This document shows, one piece after another, positions 1 through 15,800 of a DNA stretch of 64,000 nucleotides; positions within the stretch are counted from its first letter, which is position 1; each line of letters begins with the position of its first letter. The notes beneath the pieces were generated by a model. It had not been told where the DNA came from. It saw nothing but the letters and a program-made list of their open reading frames with translations, and made no database searches. Source of the DNA: Balanoglossus misakiensis (taxonomy: Eukaryota; Animalia; Hemichordata); assembly GCA_040954595.2 (NCBI GenBank), contig CM082589.2:2848075-2912074 (forward strand). Reading direction: 5' to 3'. The position numbers and the translations under genes were made by a program.

Positions 1-760
1 GGTTTCGCCCACTTTAAAGGCAGCAAACGCATCATTTGCGTCTCTGTCAGTTAAGCAATGCAAGACTTTGTCATTTCTACAGATTGGCACATTATTCCTA
101 CCCTCGGCCGTGACGAAATATAATAAACCCGATTCTTAAACTATTGGATGAGGTTTGGCGCCCTTGAAAGGAAAAACAACATTTTCAAAAGTCTGTTCAT
201 ATCATCACTCATTATTAGTTTTGTTCACTAACTTATGAGTTATCGAGCAAACCGTTCCCGTCAAACAATGTGTTGATATGCTAAATCGAACGTTAACACA
301 GTAGGCAGGTTTGACCAGCTGGTTTGGTTTATTCAAAAAATCTCTAATAAAAATTGCAACTCTTTTAATGTTGCTTAACGCATGATATAGTCAGGTATGC
401 CAGACAATGCTAGTTATCGACATAATAATGTTGCTACAATTTGGTCAGGGGTATCGTAATGAAGGGGAGGTGGCTAAACAGTAGAGTTTTTTATTTGTTT
501 AGGAGACGCTCCGTGCTCATTCAGGAGAAAGGGAACAAAAGAATTTCTCTCTGAAATATACATGACACAGTGATTTGATACAAGCTTTGATAACACTTGA
601 TTGCGCAGTGAGTATGTGCCAGGTCGTAATCACGCATCAGTATCGCCCATACACAAGATATAATCCGAGCAACAAAAAAAACACCAAATCAAATAAAAAT
701 TATAAAATATCAGATTCATTGTTGATCGTCTACATGCAGATATAGATATGTCCAAGGAAT

Positions 761-834
761 CTATCTACATGTATCTATCCACGTATCTATGTATCTATCT
801 ACCTCTCCCTCTCCCTCCCTCCTCTCTATCTCCT

Positions 835-865
<31 letters not shown>

Positions 866-892
866 ATTCTCTCTCTCTCCCTCTCTCTCTCT
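761..892. repeat. (TATC)n-like plus (CT)n microsatellite
   Basis: Directly visible: tatctacat gtatctatcc... followed by a long ctctctct run. It explains the spurious ORFs 748..954 and 761..1027. Confidence 0.9.
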
Positions 893-3800
893 ACCAAGAA
901 CTTTGTTTTTTTTCTCTCTTTCTAATTGAAAGTAGTCGGTCACCAATTCGGTAGCAGTTAAAGGGAAGGTCAGTGCTAAAGAGACAAATAGTAAACGTGA
1001 CAAAAGGTTATCATTTGTAGCCAGCACGGTGAGGTGTAATTTACCTAGAGATTACAACTCCACTAATTGGTAGCAATTTTTTGGCAGTTCGTGCTCCCAG
1101 TTGCACCCTACACCGCGCTTGACAATCACCGTCGCATTGCAAAGAGACACATTTTCTTACAAATTTGCCGCCGAGCGCACAGAAGGATCAGGCCCACACC
1201 GGGGCTATGTTAATGTCGGTGTAAGGCCAACTATTTGCCCAGATTTCCCTTGCTTCTGTCCCCTCTGTTTCTCGAAGCCCCGCTTGTATCATTCGATGGA
1301 GGAGACCTCTCCCGTACATTGTAATCGCGACATATTTTGCCGCCAGAGCAACATGGCCGAGTTATTCTCTGATATCGATACCTGGAGAAGAAGAGAAAAT
1401 TGCGCGCGGCCCATGCATATGCCATTGGATATAGTGTTTGTACTAAAGTGCATGTTGTTGATCGAGTGACTCCAAATGGCACAATTTTACTTCAGACGAT
1501 TTGCAGCTCTGGGCATAAACGGCTATCCTTTCTTTGGCTTCCCTGCATTTCGATTCTCGTCACGTGTTTCGCCCATTATCGATGCCTGGCGAACTTCAAC
1601 TTGACAGCAGGAATGTTCTCTCTGTGTCGCAAGTGAACTTTACCTCGTTATTCGCAGAGTAGAAGGTGATTGCGGCACATTTTAAGCAGGCCATTGTTCG
1701 GGGGAGAATGTCTAATTCATGAACTGTAATATACGCGGCTGTTCGAGAGAAAGTGACGTTTTTTTTTTCATGTCTGATTGTTTTGTTTGTTGGTAAGCGT
1801 TCACCTCTAAGGTGATGCAAATGAAACAAAACAAAAACACAGTTTTTAATTGTGACTGGGAAAATCACGTCGACGTATTCTCTGTAAAGATAAGCATTTG
1901 GGGTGATTGGAACTCCCGGATGTAAATCGACACTGCCCGTTGTGGTGTGACCACCACGCTCAAATATTACACTTCATTCTCCGTGTGTACTGTTTTTTGC
2001 CACCACTTTGATTACAGTAATTAAATGTGGTCTTAGAATATGCAAAAATCAGTCGCTGTCTGGGCGTTGCCGTCTCCGTTCCCGTGGTCGGTTGCTCCTT
2101 CGTTCGAACCGTCATTGTTTCGGCCATTGACACCCGGCGATCTTTTCTATGGCATTGTTTTTGTCCCGCTATCAGCCAGAGCTGGGAATTGCTAATTACC
2201 GCGCCCGGCGTTCACGCTCGCGATTTTTTAACGCGAGCAGGGAACCCGAGAAGCGGGCATTCTCACCGAGACCTGTTGTTGACAGGGAAGGATTCCCGTG
2301 GACAGTTTTACGGGGATTTAACAGTCAACGACACCTTCAACAAATTCGCTAACCCTGTGGCCCGTGTTTTGTTTCCACCCTTTCAGACGGTAACAATTTG
2401 TGAAAGGTTGAAAGTGTATCTGCGAAAGCGGACGGAAACTCTATTCAGTTTGCTTGACAATACATGGTAATGAGCCTAACGTTCGATTAAGACATCACCA
2501 CAAAGAAAACAAATATGTGTATGTGCTCGCTAAATCAAAGTTTGACAATATTGGTATTAAACTTGATCAAGTACGTACATGTTAATACAGACGATGTCAA
2601 TCAACTGATGAAACATTATTTTTTGTTTCGGAAAGAACAAAAAAAAACAAGACTCCGATTTGTATGACACGACTTTCTTTCCACTTATTCGCCAAATACA
2701 TATGTGGAAGTAATTGATGATTTAAAAAAAATACTGCGACTCTTAAATCATATTCGAATCATGGAATGACGTCATATTACAGATTCCGCCAATCCATCCC
2801 GTTGATGTTTTCGTAGGTCGTTATTTTCAGTGGCAGCGATCAAGAAAACTCACTCTTAATCGATGGCACGGCCAGCTGAGTGAGCTGAAATTATTTTGAA
2901 TAATTGAAATTAATCGGAACGCATTAAACCCGTGCCTTATCCGCGTCTTGGTTCAGATTCGAATCGGCTTCGAAGATCTAACTTTGCAATCAATGCTACT
3001 TCTGGTTTCTTGACTCGGTATTTAGACTGCGCCAGTGAGTTTGATTATCTTAATCACCACGAAGGTTCACAAGACTTCTGTTGGGTGTCTGTGGGGGGAA
3101 AAGGTTTTCTTCGTTTTATCCGAGACAGTTTTCCTTATTGTAAATGACGCTTGATTTCTGGCATCCGAAAAAGAACACGATTCTCAGGCTGGAGAGTCAT
3201 TCAGTGGCAAGGAGTTAGACGGGAAACTATCGATTTTTCTCAAAAACACCTTCGGATGGAACAGGGTTCTGTGTATTTCTTTCTCGAATGATGAGATGGT
3301 TACTGGTATTGTTGATCGTATTTTACTTTGGTGTCACAATATGTGAATGAAATCTCTGGCGTTATTGGATGGGGGTCGGTTGTCGGTTGTTCAGGTTACA
3401 GACTTTTCTCAGTTTGGATTTTGGTGTTGCATGTCATGCCCAGATCCTTTTCAACCTTGGTTTTTGCATTTGACGGACTGTTATTTGTCGCCGCTTTAAG
3501 CCTGTTTGTCCCATTGAAATGTGAAAGCACATGAAGAAGTTTTCTTACGAATGTAACTCAAATAGATTTCATCTTGTTTCGTGGCGAAATGCCACAACTG
3601 CGCGCCCATAGAAATCTCCCCCCACTACAATCATATCGCTTAACGCTACCTTTTCACCACCAATTCTCCTGGGCCTTGCGTTTTCAATCAATCTAATTAA
3701 ACAAATAAAATATTCACCGTCATTATTCTTGCTGGACAGCAGAAACGCTTATCCGTCTTACGTGAACACTTATACTTCACGCCAAGTACTGGGGAGATTA

Positions 3801-5767
3801 CGCAGCTCAGAAAAATCGTTAATAGTTCAACGCAGGTCAAATCGACATGACGTTTGTGCACAAACACTCGACATATTGCATATGTATTGCATGTATTATA
3901 GTTCCATATATATAGTTGTATATTTACATATTTACGTTTTGTGACATAACCCTTGCGAAAAATGTTCTGGTATATAACTCCCCTGACAATAGGCATGGGT
4001 GACGAATCTCGCCCCTTTTCAATTATCTCGGCAATCAGAAACTGTAAACACGCAAATCTTATCGCAACGCATGGAGTTCTGGACCGTGCCCAGCCGAGCT
4101 GAGTCCACTGCTGGTAATTTGTAATCCGAGAAACTTTGTCATTAAAATATTTGTGTATCTGAAATTACATTATAACAGAATCCACGCGTCTCTGCGAAGT
4201 AGTAGCGGCCTTGTGAAAGGTGAGACAACAGTGAGTTTTGGCTCGCTGCGAAGACAATAGGTCGCGAATTAGCGCAGACGAAGGGATATCGAGGATGAGT
4301 ACTTCAGCCCGGTAGAGACTGATTTCGTCAGCGTTTAATCAATTTTGGAACGATGTGGGTGCTGTAAGCCGACAGTAGCCAGGTTCTTGAGATAATCTAG
4401 CCGTTCCGGGGGACTGTACTATGCTAAAAAAGTGACCCAGGATTCCAGAAGCGTTAAATTTGCATTTTCCCTACTCTTTTCTTGTTTTGTTTGATTTTCT
4501 CGCAAAAAAGTTACAGAAAAAAACAGCCAAGGAACGCTAGGAAAACGTGGAAAACTAAACTACAGATATCCTCACGCTGTTGCCACAGTACACTCCATGT
4601 AATTCCATTTCTTTTAAAGCCCTTTAAACGAACAGTTTGAATCTCTCGGGAGTTTTTGGCGAGCTCTCCAAATCACGACGATATCGCGGTAATTGGTATA
4701 AGGGCAAAACAGAGGCGGCCATTTCTGTGAGCTTCTCCCGAGAAGTAATAAAGTGTTGGCGGAGACGAGCAACGGGGGAAGTGCTTGCGTGCCAGAAAAA
4801 GTGTCTGCGTGTGGAACAGCGATTTTCGGCGGCAATGGGCACGAATCTCCTCCAAGGAAAGTGAAACAAAAAAAGTCACTGCACTCGTGCGCTGCACTTG
4901 AATTTCCCGTGAAGTACACTACACTGTTACGGGCTCCGCTGAAGCAGTGTCACCAAACATCTCAATTTCGATTAAAAGAAAATTTCAGCTCCATTGTAGA
5001 CCGGTCTTCGAGTTCACTCCAGCGACGAAAGGACTTCAGAGAGAGAATTATTGCTTCGAGTGGGCCAGTCCCCACCTTGCTTTTTCGTTTCGCTGACAAT
5101 ACCTCCTCCTAAGCCAAGTTGAGAGTCGAAATGCCATCCCTAAAAAATTATGCCAGATAATTGCAATTAATTGTATACACAATTACTCATAGCACAGAAT
5201 AGAATCACTTCAGACTTTAATGTTTCTCCACCCTCATAAGCACCAGAACATACTCTACATTCACTAGATGAGCGGGAAGTGTCGCGTCCGAGTTGATTAA
5301 TTGACTACCTCTCTTTTATTAAAAAACACTGATTTTGTAGTTTGGCGAAATGTCATTCTACACAAAGGTCCCCCTCTTCAAAAAGAAAAAGTTTGAAACG
5401 CTTTCGTAAAGAAATAAATGACAATTCAGATCGCTAGATAAAAGAACAAAATAGTTAGCCCGGCCTCTAAACCAGATTTACTCGGTAGAAACATCTAACA
5501 ACCCAACGCTGGTATACAATCACGGGGACCCATACGTATTATCCTGTCTCTGAGTGTTTTCACAGAGAAATTTGAAACGCCACAGTAAATAATTCACCTT
5601 CTCACTTTTCGCGTTTTGTTTGTTCTCATTTGTAGTGTGGCGAAGGGTCTCTAACAGACACAAGGTTACCTCTTCATGTAGGTGTTAGCTCTGTCATTTG
5701 AGTCGAGTTTGGTCAATAGACGAACATGGCGTCGTTGTCACGCGCTATTCATATTCTGAAGTGTGTC

Positions 5768-5856
5768 AGAGAGAGAGAGACAGAGAGAGAGAGGGGGGTA
5801 GGGGGAGACAGACGGACAGAGACAGAGAGATAAAGATACACAGGGAGGAGAGATAG
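5768..5856. repeat. (GA)n/(GACA)n microsatellite
   Basis: Directly visible agagagagaga cagagagaga... gacagagaga. Confidence 0.85.
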
Positions 5857-8800
5857 ATTCAGTCAGACTTTTCTTTGTAACTAATATAATATTTTAACAC
5901 CATTCTAGCACATCAAACGCGCTACTCAACTGAAAATTGGTTCATCTCCAAGTCCTCTAATGTGTGTTTCCGAAAATTAATTTTAAATTCCGTCCTGAAT
6001 ACAGCTTCGTTAGAATCCCTTATCTTCTTTGATATTTCCTAAGTGACTTCATAGTTAGTAATGCGTTTGGTTTTGTAAAGGACAATTTGACAAGTCTTCT
6101 TTGCAGTGCTACAGAATTATCGGGTTGTTATTTCGTGTCCCCTTTTCATTCAGCGCACACAAAAAAAGAATTTGCTTTTGTACAACTAGAGTTCGTCCAG
6201 AGTCAATTGTTTGAATTCGTTCTGAAACGAGTTTGGTTGTTTTTGTTTTTCCCGTTTGTGGCGTACGTTTGTTTTGGTTTTTGTATCTTGCGGTCGCAAG
6301 ATGTTGGCATTATTAGCAAAGGTATTCATTCACCGAGTTGTTGTATGCCTGCTATGCGTTCCTAGCATTGTGGGTGACCATCTGAAAGAGAACGCCACAA
6401 CAGTGGTCACTCTGGGTTCGGCCACACAGGTACAAACTAATTTTCAGTCAAGAAAGACACAGCAAACGGCATCATATCGAGTAGATATACTTTTAAAGCC
6501 TTATAATGTAGACAACTGTGTTGTCCGTGAGAAAGGTTTTCCACAGATGCAACAAAAAGCAAAGCTTTGAATAGAATATTAGAATACGCGAAGAAGATAA
6601 AGACTGTAATCATGCGAGTCCCCAAACAATGTTTTCTTGAACTATTTTTCTGCCATGTAGCCGTTTTGTATCAAATGACACACACGTCAAATAACAAATC
6701 CATTTCAAGAATCACCGAGCAACCTACATGATTCAGATTTCGATTGATTTTGAAGAATTTGCGTGAGAAACCTCCGAGAAAGAAAAAGGGACGTAATGAC
6801 ACTTCTAAAGTCTCAAAGGATGTTCATTTCTTCTCTGTGACGCCAATGTTGGAGTTTTTTGCCTGTGCGTAGGTGGTGGGTTTGCACGGTTCGGGCTTAA
6901 CTTTCCAGCGGGTCGTTTATCACGCCGAACCCCCCTCACTTCTTCCCGTCGAATCCCCAAACTTTCGGGGTCTGTTGTCTGAAAAGTCTTGGACAATATG
7001 TCTGCCAAGATTCAGTTTCAACAGTCTTGTAAGCTGAGAAATATTTACCTGTTCTTCGTGGTCGTAGGCACTCTTGATTGTTGGGCGCTGGCTTCGTCGA
7101 AGTTAAACCGTGTGACGATTTAACACCCTATGGACCGAAGCCACTTTCTGTCCTTTTTAATTGACCTTCGGTAAAAAGTAATTTTTGTGTGGGCCGAAAA
7201 TGATGCATTTTCTTCGGTCGTTTACTCCGAAGTAGTGCGAAAGGATATACCATTCCCTTACTCTTCTCTTTACTGTAATGACCAACACCGCGAAACGTCC
7301 ACACACTCATACCAGAATGTTACTCAAGTTTACTGGTTTATCGTAAACCTGATTTTTAATGAAATAATGAAAGTCAAGAATATGCGATACATTGAAAGTC
7401 AAGCTGTTAAAACTTTCTTTGATTGCACTGGGAGATGAGATAGCCAGGATATCTAGTTATTAATTCACTGAATCGGGAAAGAAGGCATCTTTCCTGTGAA
7501 ACAGGTAGAGATAATGGAAGCGAAACGCAGGTGTTCTTTGTTTCGGCGTTTTGACTGAATTCAAATCGACACATGGAAATGAACTACTCTGTCACCGCCA
7601 TCTTGATTTATTCATATGGGGGGAAGTTATACGTCGGTCTGTTTTACCGGCCAGTGTCCCTGTACAGAATCATTGCCCCTGTCGCGGGTTGGGCGGATTT
7701 TGACCCTATCTCTCCGAAGAGAAAAATATTCCGTGTTTAGTGTACTGGCTTCGCAGGCAAACATGAAATTTGTTACTTTCCAAGTGCTTATATGTGAGGG
7801 AATAAGGAACTTGGAACCGATTGTGCCGATTGGGAAGAAAGGGGGATATTTCTGAGTTCACTTTTCCTTCTTGGCAGTTGGTTTTTCTTGACAGCCGCCA
7901 AAATACGTTAAATCAACTCCTTTTGAAAATTAAAAGGAGACTATCCCAGTCACGAGGCGAAATTACAGTGGGGAAATAGACACAATGAAATCAACAGAAA
8001 TATGCAATGAACACTAATATGAGACCCGAAATTGGCGTCTTCTGTTTACCGCTATTAAGTTCACCTTGCTCAATTTCAATTTGCCTTTGTCTTATGTCGC
8101 CGACCCGCGACTTTCTTGTCACGTGAGGGGTCGCCAAGGTCAGCGCACCGCCTTTCGCAAATTGGCGCTGAAAAATTAAATTTCGGTCAAAATTTGATGA
8201 AAATATGATTTCATTTTTCAAACCGATCAAACGTTGCTAAGTCCATTAGGTGGGCAATTTGAGAAGCAAAATGCGAAGTTTTTTGGGGGGTTCGTGTGTA
8301 CAGCGTGGTGTAGGGCAAACTTTGGCGGTGTCCCCCGCCCTCTTTAGAAGTGCGCCGATCAAGTTTAAATCTCGGCACGAAATTGGGCCGTCAAACTATC
8401 AACTGGGATTATTTTTGACATCGCGCTAATATAGCGAAAAAGTATGTTTCGTCAAAGTGGAAATTACTTTTAGATTAGATTTTTGCTAAAAGCCGCCTGT
8501 TTGACGCGGCTGCCGATGGTGTGGTGAAACTGAGGCACAGTCACTTTATTTTGTTCCTAATACCTAACCGCAGTGGTAGAGTTTACCATAGAGCAAAAGT
8601 TGGAGTAAGTTTTGTTATTGACACAAAGACGAAATTAAGAAAAAAAACATCATAGTGAACTCTTGAAAATGGTACAATTCAATTTTCTGGGTGATAATAA
8701 CAATGGAAGTTAGAAATATTGGCATTAAAAGTTGCACCTTGCTGTTGAAAAAAAAGCGTTAAATCTAGGATTCGTTTAAGGTATAACAGATGGGGTGTCC

Positions 8801-9789
8801 TTCTTAGCGGGGATCCACGCCTATTTTGCGCTCAAACCTGGAAAAATTTAACATGACAGCTCAGCCCATTCTCGGGAAAAGGGTGGTATTCATTCGCGCC
8901 ATTCCAACCTCCGCCGCGGACACGGTGGCAGTTTTTTTTTTTTAACCGAGAGTCTGTCAAATTTGTGAAGATTCCCTTGTCGCGCTGCGCAGACGGTCGC
9001 TGTTCCGTAAAAAATGTGTTTGGGAGGTGTGCCTTGCTAAACAAGACACGGGGCATCAGCGAGTTTGATGAGCAGCCCCAACTTGATGCAGAGTCAATGG
9101 TCGGCAAATATCAAAAGAATCAGTTCTGTTCAGGCATTGGTCCCTAGCCGTAGACGTCTTTATAGAGCTCGTAATATATTACAGTCGAAACATAAATAAT
9201 ACCTCCGTTACGCTGCGAAAACCAGAGGCTAGCCGCTGATCAGGGGAACTCGCCGACAACCGAATTTTCACCCACTGTCTTCAGCGGTCGAGGTTTCCAG
9301 GGTTTACAGCTTACAGCTCTTCGACAAGGCGAATATTTTTTGAGAAAATTTCTAGGCAGGCGGAGGTAACCGATCACACCCACAATTCAGTGCGATTCAC
9401 GAAGTTAGTCCGCCGCTGGCTTATTCTCTTGTGAGGACAATGTTATCGAGTAGTATCCATGAGGTAGGGCAATTCACTATCTGTTCACTGTATTTTAATT
9501 TTCTGTTTATTTATTTGTTTGTTTGTTTGTTTTTTGCTGTTTAATGGGGTTCTTCTTCCCGCCGGAGGAAATGTGCGTGCCAATGTCACGACAGCGTGCA
9601 CGAGGCTGCACTGTTGTTATGGCATCCGCGCATCTGTGAATGACAGTGACAAAAGTTGCGAGCTCCGAATCGATCTGGAAAACGCGCACGGGTGTGCCCA
9701 CCACACGCATGCGGCAAAGCCTGCGAAAATTTTCACCACGTCAAATTCTTCCCCCTGCCTCCACGCCTCGAAGTAAACAACGACCGGGG

Positions 9790-9812
9790 CGAGAGAGAAA
9801 GAGAGAGAGAGA
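9790..9812. repeat. short (GA)n tract
   Basis: gagagagaaagagagagagaga. Confidence 0.75.
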
Positions 9813-12800
9813 AAATTGCAATTTCTCACTGTCTGTCGCGATATTTAAGACTATTACATGGGTCAATACGGTCTTAGAAAGCGACAAATGTAGTGAATCA
9901 GCTCGCTTTCTCTGATGTCCTTTGTTCAATGGACGTTCCCCTCCCCCTCCCCACCCTCCCTCTGTCCTTATTGTTGCCGCTAATTGATCGGGTCGCTCTA
10001 ATGACACATTAAGCGCCACTGACTGAGCCAAACAGTGCAAAAAATGTGCAGGCGGCGGCGTGTGAAGCCAGACCCGAGTCGGTGGTGGCTATCTATCTAT
10101 CTGCATCTTTTTATTTTCTCGCTTGACGGCCGATCCCCCCTTCGGTCGTTTCTGCTTCAAATCACTGTATATTCACGGGGCAGAGGCGTGCGAAAACTGG
10201 CTGCACGCTTTACGCGATCCGATCATCAAGCCTCCGAGGGCAATTCATTTGCCTTAAATCTGGCAAGCTTGGTGAAAAATTGCATTCGTTGACGCCTTGT
10301 ATTCCAGTACCGCTGAGTACCAGAGGAAAGGGACCCGGTGGACCTGCCCGGGCAGTCACTGGGGGCGTTCAATCTATGCTCTCATTGGCCTGGGCGCATG
10401 GCATTAAACAATTTTCTAGGATAAGATGCCAGCTTTATTAATTTGAACGGCAAGGGTCGCGTGGTGTTGTTTTTTTGGGGAGGTGTTGAAATATACCAGT
10501 CGTAAATGTCATCAGGGAGACAGTGGTTCTATCTGCTTACAGAGCGGGCATGTCCTCAATACCAAAACAGAAAGTGACAAAATTACCTGTTATTATCCTG
10601 CGACAAGAATGATCCCAGAAACATTTCAGTGTATCTTACACTTTGCGATTATTACAGTTACGTAATACAATCTACCTTTCTCTGGATGTACTGAAACACC
10701 ATACGGTGTCTGAAGTCATATATGATCGCTAGCTGCACGCAATAACTATTTGCATTGTGTCATTGTCAGATAACGGCAGGCCAAGGTGAACATTCAGAGA
10801 TCTGTTTAAAATGTGCCCATCTCTCAGGTCATGTTTACAAAATTCAATAGAAACCAGGCCATGCAATGCAATGAGAATTGATTTTTTTCGGTGTTTAATA
10901 ATGCAGTCATAGAAAAGATGGGTAACACTAAGCTTTTTTCAATTTTTATTGGTATTAGTCGTTGTTTCCTCGGAGGGATGATTTTAATAAGGTGCCAACA
11001 ATACAGAAGTATATCTAGCGGGTCCTCATTCTGAAATCGCCATTCTCTTATTCATTCCCCCATCCGAGTCCACTCCCTCCCTATACTGACTATTCTCTTC
11101 GAGCAAATCGCCTGTGCTTTTTTGTCTGTGACGTCTTACGGGCCTTAATTTTCAATGTTTGGAATTTGTTATTGGCATACCTTTTCATTGCGTTGTCTTA
11201 CTCTGTTGAAATTGGTAGGTTGTAGCCGTGTGTGTCAGTGAAAGAGAGAAAGAAGCAGAGACAGAGAGAGAAGGAGAATCGAACACTAAACAGGTGGTAT
11301 TTGTCTTACAAGATGTAATGCGACATGCTGACTACTCGCTTGCTCACTTTTAGGGTTTCCGAGTTAGATTGCAGAATCACCCGTACGTTTTCTTTCCGTG
11401 AGAGCACAGTTCACACAAAAACGTCAAGTCATGTCTTGAAACTATATCTCACAAAAAAGCATGTTGTCATGTTTGGTGGGGGCAACTTTCAAACCGCCTC
11501 AAAGCACTTCGTCCAAAGCGTACGTTGCCATCTCTCGGAAACCATTTCTATGGCTACCATTTTATTCATGTATTTTCCTGTAAATAGTCGTAAAATTAAC
11601 TAAAATTTGTCGGTACCTGTATCCATGTAATCGTCCAATGGCTACATATTAGAATGAATGGCGAAAGGAGATTCATCTTCCTGAAAAACGCAATTTCGCA
11701 GATTTTTTTCCACGAAATTCCATAGTGTTATCTTCTTCCATTGAAGACATGTTTTGTGTGGTTTACGGTGGTAGTTATTTCAATCTGTAAGATACCTGGA
11801 AAAATATCCCCGATACAATCGCTTGTGCTTGTGTATGCGACAATTCAGTATTATTTGCTAGGCGCCATATTATTGCCACGTTTTTGGTGTCGATTTACAC
11901 AAACCAGGGCGAGATTACTTTCCCGGGATTAAAGTCCCAGTTTCCTGTTGTGTGTTTGTAAGATACATCGCGGCCTGAAATGCGCGTATACAGGCGCAAA
12001 TTCTCTTTCTCTGTCACGGGAGCAGCGCTTGGCTTCATCGGTTTGGAGTGGCTGTGGTGATAATCCCAACCTGCCCAGCGTCGTGCCGCATACCAGAGTC
12101 ACTGCAACCAAGATCATTTCTATGTGGCTTAACCCCCTTGATTCTAGCCGTCGTCAGTCCAACGGCGTGGTTTGGCCTTACTGTGTACGGGCCAGAATTG
12201 ATGAAAAACCGCGGCCACCAAACAAGCCCCCACCGCCCGAGGGTTGATTAGAATATTCGTCTCAAAGAAGCGGTCAGAAGCCTTAGATCGGGTTGTTTAC
12301 AATCAACAAGTTTGAACCACGAACTACGATAAGAATATCCTGTCTGGTATGATAAAAAAAGACCATAAAAACATTATTTTAAACCGAAAAAAGAACGTTA
12401 ACAAGAAACGCCGAGCTATAAATATTACAGACCCAAAACAATAACATCTTATTCCTGGTGCTCTTGTGTGTATGGTTTTAGTTCGTTTGTTTTATCTTTG
12501 GAGGAGGGTATTTGTCATTTGATAGTGCAAAAGTACAGATATTAGTGTCTTAGGGTCACATAAATACGTTGGAAACATTGCGCGAAATCAGCTTAGCTGA
12601 ATACGTCACAACTTGGCAAACTGGGATAAGCTCGTTTGGATCAGATCATTGAAATCGAAAATCCCTTCGTGCAAACATGTAATTTCGTCAGCCTCCCTGA
12701 ACTGAACACTTTTTTTTCAATTTTATTTTACCCCACCATACAGCCACAGAAAACACGAATTTGTGTTGGTGTTTTCTTTGGGGGGTAAACTGTACATCTG

Positions 12801-15800
12801 GCAGTTATTTCAGTACTGCAAACACAAACCAAGCATGGTATCGTGAATTGGGAGAGATAGTTTGGATAACGTAGCGTAGAGAAAGGTAGGAAGGACAGTT
12901 TGTAGACAGACTTTGTCCGGTGAAAGATGAAAAAACAGTTGAGTCGTTGTGACAATGCACATTCGAAGCAAAGAATAACAAGCGGCCCCGAATGGTTGGT
13001 GTGTTTTCATTCTAGTCTTCAACAACAGCGACTTGCTGTGCACAAACGGCTGGCGATATTCTACCACGAGTGTCATATCAGCCTCGAAGTTCAGCTTCAC
13101 ACGTCGCCTGGCGTGCCTGAAATTCCAAGTTCAATGGAGCCCGCCGAAAAAGCATTGCTGCCCCCCAAAATACCAAACGACGACGTAACCAAAAGTCTCT
13201 GACCGCCACTGCCGGAGTTAACGCTTGCCCGCACATTCTATGTTTACGGTAGTGTTCGCAACCAAGACACGGAGAGAAAAACACAGCAGGCTTCACGCTG
13301 GAGTACTCCCCGTCCACGAGACCGGGACAAATATTTTCCTCCTAAATGTTTTGAGTGTTTTAGAAATCTGTAGGAGCAGGGTGAAACGCGACGGCGTGGA
13401 CGGTAATCCATCGCGGGGAGGATGAAACGTGGAACTGCAGAGGCCAACTCGCCCGTCGCAGCCACGGTCTTTCTGTGTAGTCGCCATATTGAAGACAGTG
13501 TACAGCGAGCGGAGATGAAACACGTTCTTCCATACTTATTAGAGAGACGAATCTCGCTCCTGCTCGACTCTTTTGTGCATCATACCGCTAGATTGTAATT
13601 AGCGTGTAGTTTTTGGACATCATCCACTCCTCTCTGACATTGTCGGCGATTTCTGGCGCTTTCTAGGTCTTCTTTTAGGCATATGAAACCAAAGAAATGA
13701 TGACTTTGGCGCTCTACATGCCTACACTCGAATGTCATACTGGTTCAATTATTCGGTTGCATTCACCACAAAAACCACTTTGTGTTTGTGTAATTTACGC
13801 ACTAAACAAGAAAGGAAAATTCCACTAACGCTAAAATATCAAAATTACTTTCATAAATTTCACCTAGTCTAAATCAAATTCGTTTAAACGATAATACTTT
13901 TCCACATAATACCAATATTACGGAAGTCTTTCCTAGGTCATACCGACAAGACGAACATGAGCGTTGGGCGTCTTTCTTTTCCCCGCACTCTCTCAGATAG
14001 CGTATTTGCTCGTTATTTTTCAAAGGCGTTCAATCGATTGAACAAATCATCTGCGAAATATTTTAAACGGTTCAGCTTCCCCAATCTTGACATGTTGTTC
14101 TTAAATTTCGACCAACAAACGGCAAGATTCGGCGCGGTTTGTTTGTGCGTGTAACAATAGAAATCGCCGCGGACTGCGAGTGTTCTGTGATGCGAGAAAT
14201 TACGTTGTTCTAGCGCTCCGCGTTTTACCTAATTTATCGAAACCATCAAATGGAGATGTTTGCAGAGACGACCTGGGCTGTGTGAAACGTCACAGTCATC
14301 GACTCTATATACCCGCGTTGTCGTTGATATGGACGTCTCTTTCCGAACCCCAGTGAAAAAAAAACACACAGGCAGCCGTGTTAGCCCGGACTGGGCATTT
14401 TCCCCTATCTGTCATTTTCGCCGGTGTATACATTTCCCCGTGTAAACGCTTCACATGTTCATTTCGCTATAATCACGTCGATTTCTTTTCGCTTTTGTGC
14501 TGGTACTGATATGGATACGTTGGTTTGAACATGCCTACTCTCACCTGTATGCAAAAGTAAAGCCGGTGAAGTAACCCCCTAAACATTAGACGCCGTGTTG
14601 CGCTTTTTTTTTGCTTCTGAAGGTCTTTGTTGTACAGGCTCTGTGGCCATTATGGCTGTGTGTTCGATACGCTGAGGGCTAATAGTTACTGCTCGATCTG
14701 TGACCCTTGCCTGTTTCTACTACTAGCACGTCATTCACTCTGCTAATACCTACAAATTGTATGATTTTCAAAACTGTGTGGTGATCTGAAGGCCGGCTAG
14801 GACCCCGGCCATTTATCGCCAACCTGGCCCATTGTCGCCGAACCATGGCTTCAGCTTTTTGTATTACCCATCGCTCCGCGGCTTACAGCTCGCTTATTCT
14901 TTGACGGAGGGGTACTTAATTTAGCCTCACAATTGAGGAATTACCCGTTACATTTACAGCCATAGCAGTGATGCATTCGTTTCAATGCCTTCACAGGCTT
15001 GGCATTCAATACCAGTTAAGTTAGCCGCAAGTATAGCCTAGCCTCCCTACTTTACCCCCTCCCCATCAGCATACTCCGGTCTTGCCCGCGACACGACGCG
15101 ACCAACTCGGATAATTTTCGGCGCATATGGAAATATAAAAAAAAAAACGCTCCTCAAAGAATGCATTATCAAAGCTACAAAAAAAATCGGGTCATCGTTA
15201 GCTTCTCGATACTTTTACCGAGTTGAAGTAGTAATTAATACGGCGTATGAAATGAGTCCCAGTCTATTCTTTCTCACGTCACATGCTCGCTTGCTGGTAT
15301 CTGTTACCAACGTCTCATGTAAGCCAATACGTAATACTCGCTTTGCCCACAACATCAGCCTATCACCACGCATATAATCCGTCCGTCTCCGACGTGAATA
15401 CGCGTTCATTTTTCATCGAAAGGATTTTAGGTGTGCTAACTAATGATGGCGATGACGAGGTGTGTGGCTCGATTTACGCTACGCCCAACGCCACTTTCTA
15501 TTTAGCTGTTGTGTGCCCGCTAAACGACGGCACGAACTCTTGGAGGGTTTTCAGGCTGTGTCACACAAGTATATCGTGACTGCAGACTCACAAAGTTCGG
15601 GGCTTGATTCTCCCTTTGGGACCGGGGCTCTTTCTCTCGGCTGAGTATACTTTTTGTTTCGGTATCCTAGCCCCGAGTCACGAGGCTGAATCCCCCATTG
15701 TCTGGTGCACCATTATCGGCTACTGTATTCCCCGGGTTCTCTCGCTCCTCAGCGCGTGCTCATACGGTTAGCATTCTCCTCTTGCAGCCGAGCTGTGCTG

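Noticed and set aside
748-1027. ORFs rich in S/L or E/R
   Set aside because: They are translations of the CT/GA microsatellite.
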